DNA of 64,000 nt from Nostoc sp. DedSLP01 (GCA_034530875.2 JAVRCJ020000007.1:64001-128000), one strand, 5' to 3'; numbered from the stretch's first letter, positions 43,699 through 55,235 are shown. Numbers and translations: made by a program. The notes: generated by a model not told the origin, from the letters alone.

Positions 43699-45048
43699 AT
43701 GGGACGTATTTTTATCTCGGCAGCTCACGGAGGGAAAGAAGCGGGAGGAATCGATCCGGGTGCGATCGCAGGTGGTACAACTGAAGCTAAAGAAATGATT
43801 CTGCTGCGGGATTTGATTGTCACGGAACTGAGGGCGCGGAATTTTGAAATTTTAGCGGTTCCTGATGATTTGAGTGCGGCTGAAACTATCACCTGGATCA
43901 ATTCTCGTGGGCGTCGGGGTGATGTGGCGGTTGAAATTCAAGCTGATGCAGCTGGCAGTCCTTCTGTACGTGGGGCTAGTGTTTTCTACATTGCTAACAA
44001 TACTGAGCGCAAAAGCAATGCCGAACAGTTGCTAGTGGCATTGTTGCGCCGCGTACCTCAATTACCAAATCGGGGAGTCAAGCCGGATACAGATAGTGGA
44101 TTGGGTAGTTTAGCATTCTGTCGCCGGACAACGCTGCCGGCTTTGTTAATGCAAGTGGCGTTTCTCAGCAGTCCAGAGGATCGGGCTTTGCTGCAAACTC
44201 GTCGGCGCGATTTTGCTTTGGGAATTGCTGATGGCTTGACAGTTTGGAGCCGGATAATTGACCCTACTGGAACTCCAACAGAACCGACTTATTCACCAAT
44301 TAATATTAACATTAACGGGCAAAATTATTCAGAGCAAGGAATTTTAGTTAATGGTAATGCTTACATTCCGATTGATTTAGTAGACCGTTTAAGAATTGAC
44401 TTGACAAAAGCACCGAATGTCAATCGAATTACTTATCGCCGAATAGTGTATGTTAAAGCGATCGAACTGCGGGATTTTAATGTTGCAGTCGGCTGGGATG
44501 CTGGAACTCGTACTGTTAGCTTGCGCTCGAATTTAATCGTTTGTACTGGTCAATTAGACCGGGTAATGTCTAATGGAAATACTTCGGAAGTCCAGTTACA
44601 AATATTCCTGAGAAATAATAATGAAAATGCTTTAACTAAGTTTCCCGATATCGCTAAACTGTATCGAGAAGAAGCAGCCGTAGAAGGGGTAAATTATGAT
44701 ATTGCCTTTTGCCAAATGTGTGTAGAAACTGGATTTTTACGGTTTGGTGGTGATATTACACCACAGCAAAATAACTTTGCAGGTTTAGGTGCGATCGGTG
44801 GCGGTTCGGAGGCTGCAACTTTTCCCAGTGCCAGAATTGGAGTGAGGGCGCACATCCAACATTTAAAAGCTTACGCTAGTTTGGAACCTTTGGTACAGGA
44901 AGTAGTAGACCCGAGATTTCGCTTTGTAACGCGGGGAATTGCACCATTAATCGAACAACTATCAGGGCGGTGGTCGGCAGATTCGGACTATGGTGCAAGA
45001 ATTTCTGCAATGGTGAAACGATTGTATGAGTCAGCAGGACTTTTTTAA
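43699..45048 (+). CDS. tftA: Amidase_3 plus glucosaminidase cell-wall protein (TftA-like)
   Basis: MGRIFISAAHGG...TTEAKEM amidase; QMCVETGFLRFGG, NNFAGLG, AHIQHLKAYA glucosaminidase. Confidence 0.75.
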   Translation: MGRIFISAAHGGKEAGGIDPGAIAGGTTEAKEMILLRDLIVTELRARNFEILAVPDDLSAAETITWINSRGRRGDVAVEIQADAAGSPSVRGASVFYIANNTERKSNAEQLLVALLRRVPQLPNRGVKPDTDSGLGSLAFCRRTTLPALLMQVAFLSSPEDRALLQTRRRDFALGIADGLTVWSRIIDPTGTPTEPTYSPINININGQNYSEQGILVNGNAYIPIDLVDRLRIDLTKAPNVNRITYRRIVYVKAIELRDFNVAVGWDAGTRTVSLRSNLIVCTGQLDRVMSNGNTSEVQLQIFLRNNNENALTKFPDIAKLYREEAAVEGVNYDIAFCQMCVETGFLRFGGDITPQQNNFAGLGAIGGGSEAATFPSARIGVRAHIQHLKAYASLEPLVQEVVDPRFRFVTRGIAPLIEQLSGRWSADSDYGARISAMVKRLYESAGLF

Positions 45049-45112
45049 ATATTATTCCTAAGTATAAGCCAAGGCGATCGCTAATTATATAGACGATGCA
45101 AAGAGCGATCGC

Positions 45113-45235
45113 AGCTTCAACTTCACGAGTATATAATCTATGGTCGCCTTTTCCTTCTCTATGAAATGTACAACCTGCTTGTTCTAAAAGCTTAATTAAC
45201 TCCTTCGGTTTCAGGGAAGGTATATTTTTAGGCAT
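45113..45235 (-). pseudogene. hicA: HicA toxin, 3'-truncated
   Basis: MPKNIPSLKPKELIKLLEQAG..REGKGDH; similarity ends at HIP1 45105-45112. Confidence 0.65.
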
Positions 45236-45494
45236 AAACCTTCCTTAATTCATATATCTCTGAATCTTGTTCTTTCTCTTGAACATATAAAAATTCATGT
45301 AATTGCTCTATTGAAACAGGAGATTTATAAATATTAGTTTCAGACTGATAAACAATTTCAAAAGATTCAATCGCTTCTTTCAGCTTATCAATTGCATCTT
45401 CTCGAGTATTTCCCTGGCCGACAATACCATTTTCTAAACATAAAGCAACCCAATAGCCAGAACTTTGTCTGAGTACAACTGTATAAAAGTTCAT
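45228..45494 (-). CDS. hicB: HicB-family antitoxin
   Basis: YTVVL...YWVALCLE...QGNTREDAIDKLKEAI; overlaps the hicA start. Confidence 0.8.
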   Translation of the reverse strand: MNFYTVVLRQSSGYWVALCLENGIVGQGNTREDAIDKLKEAIESFEIVYQSETNIYKSPVSIEQLHEFLYVQEKEQDSEIYELRKVYA

Positions 45495-45698
45495 TTTTGT
45501 TACTTATTCATGTTATATAATTAGGAGAACATTGCTTACTTTATTCTATTTTATAGACTGGCAAAAAAGAGGCGATCGCTTCATTAAGTCCCGTTAATTG
45601 CTACTTCTTGAGTTATCCATTGTTCCCTTACATTCATTTCCACAAATATTACATAGCATTTGATATATTACAATAAATTTATTGTTATTTTAGAGAAA

Positions 45699-46757
45699 TT
45701 AATTAGGGATTTTCATATTATTATGAACTACAACTGAAGCAAATTCTATCCCCCGCTCAGTTTCCCAATAATGTAAATGATATTCATAATCTATATCTCT
45801 TCTCCAAGCTTTAGCTCCATCTTTTTTACGTTTTTTCTGAGGATTATTTGCACCTTTACCTGTTCTCAAAGAATGAGTACCACCCATATTTTGTTTTAAA
45901 ATTATTTCAGCACAAGTCCGAAGTAACATCTTGATTTTTATAGGTTCATCTAGAAAACCTAAATCTTTTAAGCTTTTTAAAAAACAACTTCCAAATAACC
46001 AATAAGTTAGTTCATGGATAGGTTTTGGATTTTGTAATTGCTTATTTGTTTGTGCAACAAAAATACTAATAGCTCTCTTATAAACTTCTTCACACTGATT
46101 AGCGTTAATCCAAATATCTGAGGCGTCAAAATAATCATGCAAACTGTTAGGATTGACAAAAGATTCTAAACAAATGCTAACATCATAAGGAATGTTGATA
46201 TAGCATAAATTATTACAAAATTCACAATCTACTATTTCACATTCTATTAAAATCTGTGTATTTTCTGCTTGAAGACGGCGGGTAACTATAATTTGATGTT
46301 TATTAGATAAATTTTCAATTTTACATAACAAGAATATTAAAACAGCTAATTCATAATAAATTTGTACAAAAATCTCATTTCTTCCATCAAGATAAAAGGC
46401 AGGCTGACACTGTATATTGTCGATTAATATTGCATTAATGTTAAGTCTGTCTTCAATAGAAGGAAGTTTTAAAAACTTTTCAATTAAAATTAATATATCA
46501 TGAGGGTGTATTACATCTTATAAATTTAAATTTATAATTAATTTTTCTAACTCATTTATTTCTGGATATCCATTAGTGACAGCTAATATTTCAGGAGCTT
46601 TTGCAGATAAATAAAATGTAGCTAAATTAGCTTCCTTTATTTTTTCTATTTCCTCACCCCATGAAACTAGGCTATGAATATAGTTTTCAAACTCATCAAT
46701 TCCCGAATTAGCTTGAGGATAAACAAGAAAATACGGGTCTACGTATAATTGATACAT
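45699..46757 (-). pseudogene. Hypothetical effector (352 codons) split by one in-frame TAA at 46518-46520
   Basis: The 79-aa and 210-aa track ORFs are in the same frame with an open frame between them (DVIHPHDIL...). Confidence 0.8.
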
Positions 46758-46782
46758 ATTTTACATTTTTATAGACAGTTTT

Positions 46783-48696
46783 TTATTGTTTAGTTGACTC
46801 TTTTTTTCTTTTTTCCATAGCAGCTTTTATAATAGCTCTTGCATTTTCTTCATTTTCATCAAAGAAACCTTTTGGCCAGTCTTCAAGTACACCAAATTTA
46901 TTAACTTTTACAGATCTATACTTAGACTCACCGCTCTGCTTTTCTACAAAATACATAAGTACATTTTTAGATATTTCTTCGCCTTCTGAAGCAGCAGCCT
47001 GATAGCGAAGTCTATTTATTAAATATTCACTATGCGTTTCTACAATACATTGCTTTTTTAGCATTGTCATTGATATAAAAAAGTCTGCTAAACGTGTTTG
47101 AACACGAGGATGCAAATGTAATTCTGGTTGCTCAAAAATCAACGTAGAACCTTTTTCTGCTAACAAAGATTGTACTAAAATTGGTAAAACTTGACTAACA
47201 CCTACTCCAACATGAGTAAGGTCATGCAATAATAAAGAACCTGTAGTAGCAACTTTGAGTTCATGACCTAGCTTACCTTTATCGAATGTCTGGACATCAC
47301 TAGCTACTCCCATGTAATTTAACCAATCTAGTACTGCTATTGGTAAAAAATCAACCTTAGTGATAGTTTCACTGCTACCAAATTTTAGGTTACTACTAGG
47401 TATATACTCTACCTTTGTATTTCGATTAACATCCAAGACAGCAGCTGTATGTTCACCTCTAAAACCTATATCTTTAGAGTCAGTTGTACCAGCAAGAGAG
47501 TAAACTGGTTTTGGCTCATCTCGTAATGGGCCTAAATATTTTACAAAACGAGTAAAAAATCCCTGAATATAATCAACTGCAAGTTCTGAAATGTCTGGAA
47601 GAGGAAGGTATGAAACTCTATTTTCTACAGGCCGATTAGCTCTGACAGCATTGAGAATCTCATCATATTTTTCAGCTAGCTTTTGAGCTAATATTCTTTT
47701 TTTAGTAGGAGGTAATTTATAGCAGTTTGATAAGTTTTGAATAGTAAAGTCATTTTCTAGATTTAAAATATTATTAATAAAGGCTTTGCTACTAGAAGTT
47801 TCTAACTTATAAATATATTCGGACGCTTCTTTAAGTGTATTTAAAATGAGAAGTTTAACCTTTTCATTTAATAAACTATTTATCTCATCTATGCTGATGC
47901 CTCTTATTCTATAAAATAATATCTCTTGGTCTTCTTGAATAGTTAGAAAATCAACTAGCTGTCTTGATTGTTCTTCAACAGAATCGAAAATAATAGAAAA
48001 TTTTCCAGGTAAGAAGTGATTAAGTAATGCCCCAACTGGTTGCTGGATTGCTTGAAAACGATAATAACGGCGATATCTTGCTTTAGTCAAAAAATTTAGT
48101 TTATTAACTTCATATTCTAAAGATGCAACCTCTATTTTGTGAAGACTTTTTTGTGATAATTCATATTCTTCTAGACGTTGTTTTATACTTTTTTTACTTC
48201 TGCGAATATAAACTTCTTCTTCTTTAGGTGAGCCTACCAATTTAAAATTTACTTTAAGTTTAGACTCTTCCAAGCGAGGTTGCAGTTGTATTATTTCTCT
48301 CTCTTTTTGAGAGCCAGTTGCTGAAAAGCTAAAAGAGCAATCTATAGATGTTAAAGCTTCAACTCTACGAGTAATATCATAACGCATAGATGTTGTCATA
48401 GAACTCTCACGCTCATCTACACTTGGAGTTAGCTCAAACCCTATGAAAATATTTTTGGATTCATCATTGTTTGAGACAATATCATTAAATGCTCCAATTC
48501 TTAAAATATGCCCATTTAATATGACAGACCTAGATGAAACAGGATTTTGTAAAGTTTGAGTAGTTAACAGAAGGCTTTGAATAATAGTGCTTTTTCCCGA
48601 ACTATTTGCTCCAGCAAATATAGTTAGTGGAGCCATATCAAGTGTGGTTTTAGCACAGACTGATTTAAAGTATTGAAGAGTCCATTTAGTTAGCAT
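46783..48696 (-). CDS. ABC/AAA-type ATPase with DUF3696-like C-terminus
   Basis: GANSSGKST, VGVGVSQ, IFEQPELHLHP, VETHS, DWPKGFFDE. Confidence 0.88.
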   Translation of the reverse strand: MLTKWTLQYFKSVCAKTTLDMAPLTIFAGANSSGKSTIIQSLLLTTQTLQNPVSSRSVILNGHILRIGAFNDIVSNNDESKNIFIGFELTPSVDERESSMTTSMRYDITRRVEALTSIDCSFSFSATGSQKEREIIQLQPRLEESKLKVNFKLVGSPKEEEVYIRRSKKSIKQRLEEYELSQKSLHKIEVASLEYEVNKLNFLTKARYRRYYRFQAIQQPVGALLNHFLPGKFSIIFDSVEEQSRQLVDFLTIQEDQEILFYRIRGISIDEINSLLNEKVKLLILNTLKEASEYIYKLETSSSKAFINNILNLENDFTIQNLSNCYKLPPTKKRILAQKLAEKYDEILNAVRANRPVENRVSYLPLPDISELAVDYIQGFFTRFVKYLGPLRDEPKPVYSLAGTTDSKDIGFRGEHTAAVLDVNRNTKVEYIPSSNLKFGSSETITKVDFLPIAVLDWLNYMGVASDVQTFDKGKLGHELKVATTGSLLLHDLTHVGVGVSQVLPILVQSLLAEKGSTLIFEQPELHLHPRVQTRLADFFISMTMLKKQCIVETHSEYLINRLRYQAAASEGEEISKNVLMYFVEKQSGESKYRSVKVNKFGVLEDWPKGFFDENEENARAIIKAAMEKRKKESTKQ

Positions 48697-48905
48697 AAGT
48701 ATTTTTACGATAAAATAAAATAGAAATATTATTAGAATTTTAAGTATAAAACTTAGTAATTAACTACCATAGTATAAAAGATAAGTATTATTATTGAATG
48801 AATCATGAATTTTTAATAATCAATCTTAATAAAACATTATTTTATTTCCTTGGCAAGGTCATACCATCTAGTATGAGGTGGGCGATGCCCACCTTATTTT
48901 AATTA

Positions 48906-51590
48906 CTAGCGTAAAGAAGTAGCTGGCATACCCAAAATATCCTCGATTTTAGGCATATCTTCCAACGCAACCACTCTTCCTTCATCCTCAAAACCGGCAA
49001 TTTGATCGAAGTTCAAATAGCGATACAAATCATTAGCAAAAGGATCGATTTTCTTCGCCACAATATCCAAATATTCCTGCACTGTGGGAATGCGTCCAAG
49101 CAGCGCGCAAACTGCGGCTAATTCTGCCGAACCAAGATACACTCTTGCATCTTTGCCCATGCGGTTATTGAAGTTGCGAGTAGAGGTGGAAAACACTGTT
49201 GTACCATCAGCAACTCGCGCCTGATTTCCCATGCACAAACTGCATCCTGGCATTTCTGTTCTCGCACCCGCAGCGCCAAAAATGGCGTACACTCCTTCTT
49301 CTTTTAATTGGTGTTCGTCCATGCGGGTTGGTGGTGCTATCCACAGGCGAGTTTTTACTTCACCAGCACCTTCTAAAACTTTCGCCATTGCGCGATAATG
49401 ACCGATATTTGTCATACACGAACCCAGGAATACTTCTTGCACTGGGTCATTAGCAACTTCCGATAATAATTTAACATTATCAGGGTCATTAGGAGCAGCA
49501 ACAATTGGTTCTTTGATTTCGTTCAAATCAATTTCAATTATTTCGGCATACTCGGCATCGGCGTCGGCTTCTAATAACACGGGATTTGCTAACCATTCTT
49601 CCATTTTGGCAATGCGGCGGAGGATGGTACGGGCATCGTGATAGCCCCGTGCTATCATGTTTTTCAAAAGTGCGACGTTAGAACGCAGATATTCAGAAAT
49701 TGTTTCTACACTCAGCTTAATGGTAGAACCGGCACAAGAACGTTCGGCTGTGGCGTCGGCGAGTTCAAAGGCTTGTTCGACTTTCAAATCTGGCAAACCT
49801 TCAATTTCTAAAATTCGCCCGGAGAAGACATTTTTCTTGTTTTGCTTTTCTACTGTCAGCAAACCTTTTTGAATTGCTACGTAGGGAATGGCATTCACAA
49901 TATCCCGCAAGGTGACACCAGGTTGCAATTCACCTTTGAATCTTACCAAAACTGACTCTGGCATATCCAAAGGCATGACGCCCAACGCCGCAGCAAAGGC
50001 TACTAAGCCAGAACCGGCGGGGAAGGAAATTCCTAAGGGGAAGCGGGTGTGGGAGTCGCCGCCAGTTCCTACGGTGTCGGGTAGCAGCATCCGGTTTAAC
50101 CAAGAGTGGATGATACCATCGCCGGGACGCAAGGCGACACCGCCACGTTGGGCAAAGAAGTCGGGGAGGTCGTGGTGGGTTTTAATGTCTACTGGTTTGG
50201 GATAAGCTACTGTGTGACAGAAACTCTGCATTACTAAGTCTGCACTGAAACCCAAACAGGCGAGTTCTTTTAATTCGTCGCGGGTCATGGGGCCTGTGGT
50301 ATCCTGGGAACCAACGGTGGTCATGATGGGTTCGCAAGATGTACCGGGACGGACGCCAGGTAAGCCGCAAGCTTTACCAACCATTTTTTGGGCTAAGGTG
50401 TAGCCTTTGCCTGTGTCGTTGGGTTGTTGGGGACGGATAAAGACGGTGCTGGGTTCTAAACCGAGGGCTTGGCGTGTTTTATCTGTGAGGGTACGCCCGA
50501 TGAGTAGGGGGATGCGTCCACCTGCACGGACTTCATCAAGGATCGTATCTGGTTTGAGGGTGAAGGTGGAAATGACTTCGCCTGCTTCGTTGGTAATTGC
50601 ACCTTTGTAGGGGTGGATGGTAATTACCATACCAGTTTCTAGTTTGGTGACATCGCACTGGATAGGCAAAGCACCGGCATCTTCAGCTGTGTTAAAGAAG
50701 ATAGGCGCGATCGCACCACCTAAAATATATCCCCCAGCGCGTTTGTTTGGCACATAAGGTATATTATTTCCCAAATGCCACAACACTGAATTTATAGCAG
50801 ACTTCCGCGAGGAACCCGTACCAACTACATCGCCCACGTAAGCTACAGGATGTCCTTTCTTTTTCAGTTCGGCAATGGTTTGTAAACTTCCCGGTTGCCG
50901 TGACTCTAACATCACTAGGGCGTGTAAGGGAATATCCGGGCGAGTTGTGGCGCTTTGGGCGGGGGATAAGTCATCGGTGTTGGTTTCGCCAGGAACTTTA
51001 AAAACTGTAACGGTAATGGCTTCTGGTACAGTCGGGCGGGCGGTAAACCACTCAGCTTCAGCCCAAGAGTCAACTACTAGTTTGGCAAAAGGATTGGTTT
51101 TCGATAACTCCAAAACATCATGGAATGCATCGTACACCAACAAAATTTTGCTTAAGGCATTGGCGGCGTAGGCGGCGATGGGTTCCTTTCCTTGCCCTCC
51201 CATTACCAGAGGTGTTTCGGAAGAATCAGAAACAGACACGGTGGGGAATTGCAGCAAATCAATTAAAGCTTGCACGTTATAGCCACCCACCATTGTACCC
51301 AGCAATTGCACCGCTTCTATGCGGGAAATTAACGGACTGGTGATTTCTTTCTTGGCAATAGCTGTGAGAAATCCAGCTTTTACATAGGCAGCGGCATCAA
51401 CACCCGGGGGGACGCGATCGCTCAATAAATGCAATAATGTATCTTCTTCACCCTTGGGCGGATTCTTCAGTAATTCACATAATTCTGAGGTTTGCTTCGC
51501 ATCCAACGGTAAAGGGGGGATTCCTAATGCTGCCCTTTCTACAACGTGTTGACGGTATTGTTCTAGCATTTTTGTATTCTCCGTTGGCAT
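48906..51590 (-). CDS. acnB: Aconitate hydratase B
   Basis: [44 protein letters not shown]. Confidence 0.98.
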   Translation of the reverse strand: MPTENTKMLEQYRQHVVERAALGIPPLPLDAKQTSELCELLKNPPKGEEDTLLHLLSDRVPPGVDAAAYVKAGFLTAIAKKEITSPLISRIEAVQLLGTMVGGYNVQALIDLLQFPTVSVSDSSETPLVMGGQGKEPIAAYAANALSKILLVYDAFHDVLELSKTNPFAKLVVDSWAEAEWFTARPTVPEAITVTVFKVPGETNTDDLSPAQSATTRPDIPLHALVMLESRQPGSLQTIAELKKKGHPVAYVGDVVGTGSSRKSAINSVLWHLGNNIPYVPNKRAGGYILGGAIAPIFFNTAEDAGALPIQCDVTKLETGMVITIHPYKGAITNEAGEVISTFTLKPDTILDEVRAGGRIPLLIGRTLTDKTRQALGLEPSTVFIRPQQPNDTGKGYTLAQKMVGKACGLPGVRPGTSCEPIMTTVGSQDTTGPMTRDELKELACLGFSADLVMQSFCHTVAYPKPVDIKTHHDLPDFFAQRGGVALRPGDGIIHSWLNRMLLPDTVGTGGDSHTRFPLGISFPAGSGLVAFAAALGVMPLDMPESVLVRFKGELQPGVTLRDIVNAIPYVAIQKGLLTVEKQNKKNVFSGRILEIEGLPDLKVEQAFELADATAERSCAGSTIKLSVETISEYLRSNVALLKNMIARGYHDARTILRRIAKMEEWLANPVLLEADADAEYAEIIEIDLNEIKEPIVAAPNDPDNVKLLSEVANDPVQEVFLGSCMTNIGHYRAMAKVLEGAGEVKTRLWIAPPTRMDEHQLKEEGVYAIFGAAGARTEMPGCSLCMGNQARVADGTTVFSTSTRNFNNRMGKDARVYLGSAELAAVCALLGRIPTVQEYLDIVAKKIDPFANDLYRYLNFDQIAGFEDEGRVVALEDMPKIEDILGMPATSLR

Positions 51591-51833
51591 GTTCTACTCT
51601 TAATTATGAAATATTTTTAGGCAAGGCTTGGCTATAAAAGTTTACCTTATTTTATAGTTCAAAACCTTAATAGTAATAGCTTATTAAAAATTTTGTTTTA
51701 TACTTAAAGTATGGTTTAGAGTATCAATTCAAACTGAAGATATTCTAATTACTGGAAATGCTATTATTCAGAAATTAATTGTTATTTTTTATAAAAGCAA
51801 TTTGTTATTTTTTCATATTTACAATTAAAATTT

Positions 51834-51866
51834 GCTGTTGACTGCCCACTTTTAACAGTCAACAGC
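51834..51866. terminator. Hairpin downstream of the DUF4351-like gene
   Basis: GCTGTTGACTG/CAGTCAACAGC stem. Confidence 0.5.
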
Positions 51867-51888
51867 CTGGATGTAAGATTTTGCTTTC

Positions 51889-52830
51889 TCATTGAAGGCT
51901 GGTATATTCTTGGTTTAACCAAGCTTCTAAATCAGCAATACTAGAAAAATCTAATAACGCCTCTCCTAAGTTTTCTAATTGTTCAATCGATAATCCTGTA
52001 ATTTGCTCGATTAATAACGTGTCAATTTCACCAACACGGCGATTGAGTAAACGCAGTATTAAATCTCTTTCTCCTTCTTGTCTTCCCTCTTGTCTTCCTT
52101 CTTGTCTTCCCTCTTGTCTTCCTTCTTCTTTGGCTTGTTCTTTGTTTCTTTGATAAAGTGGTTCTAGTCGCATAATTAACTCCCTATCGTCTGCTTCTAA
52201 TTCTTGATTTACTCTTAAATTTTCACGCAAATTGTAAACTAATTCCAGGGTTACTTTTTGATATGGATGATTTAATGGTAAAGCCTGCAACTCAAGAATA
52301 GCTTGTGACTGCACGCTTCCTCTACCCAAAAGCCTCAACCATAAAGTCTGTGGTGTTGGCGGTAGTTGATGTATTGCCACAATTGCTGTCCGTAAAGCAT
52401 CTGGCAAAAAATGTACTCCTGGTAACCAACCTGCTTGTTGCATAGTTCCAAAGCTAGACAACCTAGTTTCAGATACGGTAGGTGTCAGAATCCACAATTT
52501 AGGAATTTCTGAGTCCTGAAGTTTGGTTTTATTGGTTTTAGCTTCTCGTCGTAAGAGAGCCTTTACTTCTAATAATTTTAGAATACAGTCGCATATCTCA
52601 TCGGTAGAAGCTGGATTTCGGAAGGGTTCTATGAGTGCAGGATATTCCGCAAATCTTCCTAGCAAACCTAGTATTTCTATATTAGAGCTTTGCTGTTTAG
52701 CAGGAGTGAATAAAACATCTATTTCTTTAATCTCTCCTGAAACTTTTTCTGATGCTTTGACTTCTCCGTAATCTTTTAATAATTCTTCTAGATAGTCTTT
52801 GGCAAATTTATCGTGTATAAAACGGGTCAT
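51889..52830 (-). CDS. Rpn/DUF4351-like putative nuclease
   Basis: HDKFAKDYL, EIDVLF, EPFRN, (EGRQ)n, LSIEQLENLGEALLDF..DLEAWL. Confidence 0.8.
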   Translation of the reverse strand: MTRFIHDKFAKDYLEELLKDYGEVKASEKVSGEIKEIDVLFTPAKQQSSNIEILGLLGRFAEYPALIEPFRNPASTDEICDCILKLLEVKALLRREAKTNKTKLQDSEIPKLWILTPTVSETRLSSFGTMQQAGWLPGVHFLPDALRTAIVAIHQLPPTPQTLWLRLLGRGSVQSQAILELQALPLNHPYQKVTLELVYNLRENLRVNQELEADDRELIMRLEPLYQRNKEQAKEEGRQEGRQEGRQEGRQEGERDLILRLLNRRVGEIDTLLIEQITGLSIEQLENLGEALLDFSSIADLEAWLNQEYTSLQ

Positions 52831-52978
52831 TCAATTTTAAAATTGCGGAATTTCTAGGTTAATACCAAGTTTTATTATATAGTCATTTGTAAAAAAAATA
52901 TCCCCGATTTTTTAAATAAAGCGGGGAGTTAAAGTCTGTAAATCTTCCAAAACTTCCTAAAAGTATCGCGGAACTTTA

Positions 52979-53374
52979 CTAGGTAGTTATTGCCTTTTCA
53001 TCTGATATTTTATTTGTCTTAGATTTTAACCGTGTTAATCTGCTTTTACGAACGCGATCGCTATCTCGAACCCCACCGGCGAGTTCATATTCATTGCTAT
53101 TTTTGCCGTACTTGAAACCAACTCCCGCCAGCATTTTGTCTGAAACATGACTTAAGATTTTTTCCATTTCATCCAGCTTTTTTTTAGAAGAGTCAATCAT
53201 AGCTATATCAGCGTTATATTCATCAAGCATCTTGTGAAACTGCTCTATTAATTGAGTCAAGTTTTGTAAATTGTAAGTTTCATCAAAATTGATATTTGGA
53301 TCGATCGCTTTCAGTCCAGCAACTCTAAATTCAGCTTTTTTTAGAACCAGGGAAGTACGTTTTTGTCGAGACAT
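52979..53374 (-). CDS. Hypothetical coiled-coil protein
   Basis: Clean 131-aa ORF; YGKNSNEYELAGG motif recalled from cyanobacterial hypotheticals. Confidence 0.7.
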   Translation of the reverse strand: MSRQKRTSLVLKKAEFRVAGLKAIDPNINFDETYNLQNLTQLIEQFHKMLDEYNADIAMIDSSKKKLDEMEKILSHVSDKMLAGVGFKYGKNSNEYELAGGVRDSDRVRKSRLTRLKSKTNKISDEKAITT

Positions 53375-53755
53375 AATTTTATACCTTTAAAAAGGTATCA
53401 AAGCTATTTTGTCTTAATTGACATGTATTCTGGTTCAGCAAAAAACGCATTTTTATTAACAAAAAAATTTATTTATACCCGTAATTTCTCTGAATCCGAG
53501 CGCGAAAGGTTGATTTTCAGAGAAATAATATTATGTTTAAATTCTACCAAAATTACAATGAATGTTGTTGCAAAAGCGTAGGCATAGCCCGTCGTAGATA
53601 TCGCACTTTTACTTTTATAGCGGTTTTCGTATCTTGCGGTAAGCCGCTACGCCTCTATGGATGCAATACACAATAGGGTACAGTATTGCTGTACCCCTAC
53701 AAATGGTTTGTATTCTATGCAATTGAGAACTGGTATAGTCAACAACGATCGCTTG

Positions 53756-53827
53756 AATCTTAAGCCTTAATGTCGTAATCTTAAGCCTTAATGTCGTAAC
53801 TTTAAGCCTTAATGTCGTAATCTTAAG
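53756..53827. repeat. 21-bp tandem repeat, about 3.4 copies
   Basis: AATCTTAAGCCTTAATGTCGT units with no spacers. Confidence 0.9.
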
Positions 53828-54072
53828 AGTCAAAGTTATGATATTAATGATTAAAGTTTGCTAGTGAGTGCAATCATCGCTACATAGTGTATATTGTTGA
53901 TTTACAGCGATCGCAGAGTTGGAAAAATTTTTAATAAAACTGAAAAGCTTATTCTATAAGCCTTTTGACTTCGCTGCCTCGGAGCAAATCATAATTAATC
54001 AGCAAGATTATGATAGTAATAACATCTGTGCATCCAACTTCAGACGATATTAGTCCTAGCCCCAATCAAGTT

Positions 54073-54783
54073 ATGTCAGTCGCCCAAGATTTAGAACCAG
54101 CAGAAGATATAATATTTCCACCAGGAGATATCTACAGTGACGAACCACCATTGGAAAGCGATTTACATCTACGCCAAATTATTCTATTATTACAATGCTT
54201 AGAATTGTGGTGGCAAAATCGCACTGACTTTTATGCAGCCGGAAATCTGACGATTTACTATAGCCAACGTCAGCTGAAATCAGAAGAATTTCGCGGCCCG
54301 GACTTTTTTGTAGTGCTAGGATGCGATCGCAAACCGCGCAAAAGTTGGGTGATTTGGCAAGAAGACGGTAAATATCCGAATATTATTGTTGAGTTGCTTT
54401 CGTCTTCCACAAAAGCCACAGACAAAGGTTTAAAAAAACAAATTTACCAAGATATCTTTCGCACGCCAGAGTATTTTTGGTTTGACCCAAACAATTTAGA
54501 ATTTGTAGGGTTTCATTTAGTAGACGGTAATTACCAACCAATAGAACCGAACCCCCAAGGTTGGTTATGGAGTCAGCAGTTAGATTTATATTTAGGCGTG
54601 CAAGACAATCAATTACGCTATTTTACACCACAAGGACAGTTAGTGCCGACACCGCAAGAATTGGCAGAGCAGGAAAAGCAGCGTGCGGACGAGGAAAAAC
54701 AGCGTGCAGAACAAGAAAAGCAACGCGCAGAACGCCTAGCTGCTAAGTTGCGAGACTTAAATATTGACCCGGATATTCTATAA
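54073..54783 (+). CDS. Uma2-family endonuclease
   Basis: SDEPPLESDLH, GPDFFVV, ELLSSST, EYFWFDP, AEQEKQR tail. Confidence 0.92.
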   Translation: MSVAQDLEPAEDIIFPPGDIYSDEPPLESDLHLRQIILLLQCLELWWQNRTDFYAAGNLTIYYSQRQLKSEEFRGPDFFVVLGCDRKPRKSWVIWQEDGKYPNIIVELLSSSTKATDKGLKKQIYQDIFRTPEYFWFDPNNLEFVGFHLVDGNYQPIEPNPQGWLWSQQLDLYLGVQDNQLRYFTPQGQLVPTPQELAEQEKQRADEEKQRAEQEKQRAERLAAKLRDLNIDPDIL

Positions 54784-54908
54784 AAATTAAATAAATTTTG
54801 CTATGAGAATCACTCTTTAACCTAAATTTTTATGGTGATATCTGGATATTTTTAACTAATTCCGATATAGTAAGAAATTTGCCCCTTGCTTAAAACTTTT
54901 TTTTGAAT

Positions 54909-55226
54909 ATGCCCAAAACTTACACCGTAGAAATTCACCACCAAGGTCAAATTCATACTTTGCAAGTCCCCGACAATGAAACCATCTTATCAGTTGCCGA
55001 GGCAGCTGGTTTAGAATTGCCGGCTTCTTGCCATGCAGGTGTTTGTACAACTTGTGCCGGTCAAATCAGCGAGGGAAAGGTAGATCAAGCTGATGGTATG
55101 GGCGTTAGTCCGCACTTACAAGAACAAGGTTACGTATTGCTTTGTGTTGCCAAACCCCTTTCCGATCTAAAAATTGAGACTGAAAAAGAAGACACACTTT
55201 ATCAGTTGCAATTTGGCAAAGACTAA
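54909..55226 (+). CDS. Plant-type [2Fe-2S] ferredoxin with C-terminal extension (FdC-like)
   Basis: SCHAGVCTTC...LLCVA; YQLQFG tail. Confidence 0.93.
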   Translation: MPKTYTVEIHHQGQIHTLQVPDNETILSVAEAAGLELPASCHAGVCTTCAGQISEGKVDQADGMGVSPHLQEQGYVLLCVAKPLSDLKIETEKEDTLYQLQFGKD

Positions 55227-55235
55227 TAATTACAG

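Noticed and set aside
44876..45112. C-terminal part of the 119-aa HicA ORF
   Set aside because: Read-through antisense to tftA with no HicA features
53756..53827. 21-bp repeat as a CRISPR array; 72-aa ORF 53615-53833
   Set aside because: No spacers and no cas genes; the ORF is mostly the translated repeat
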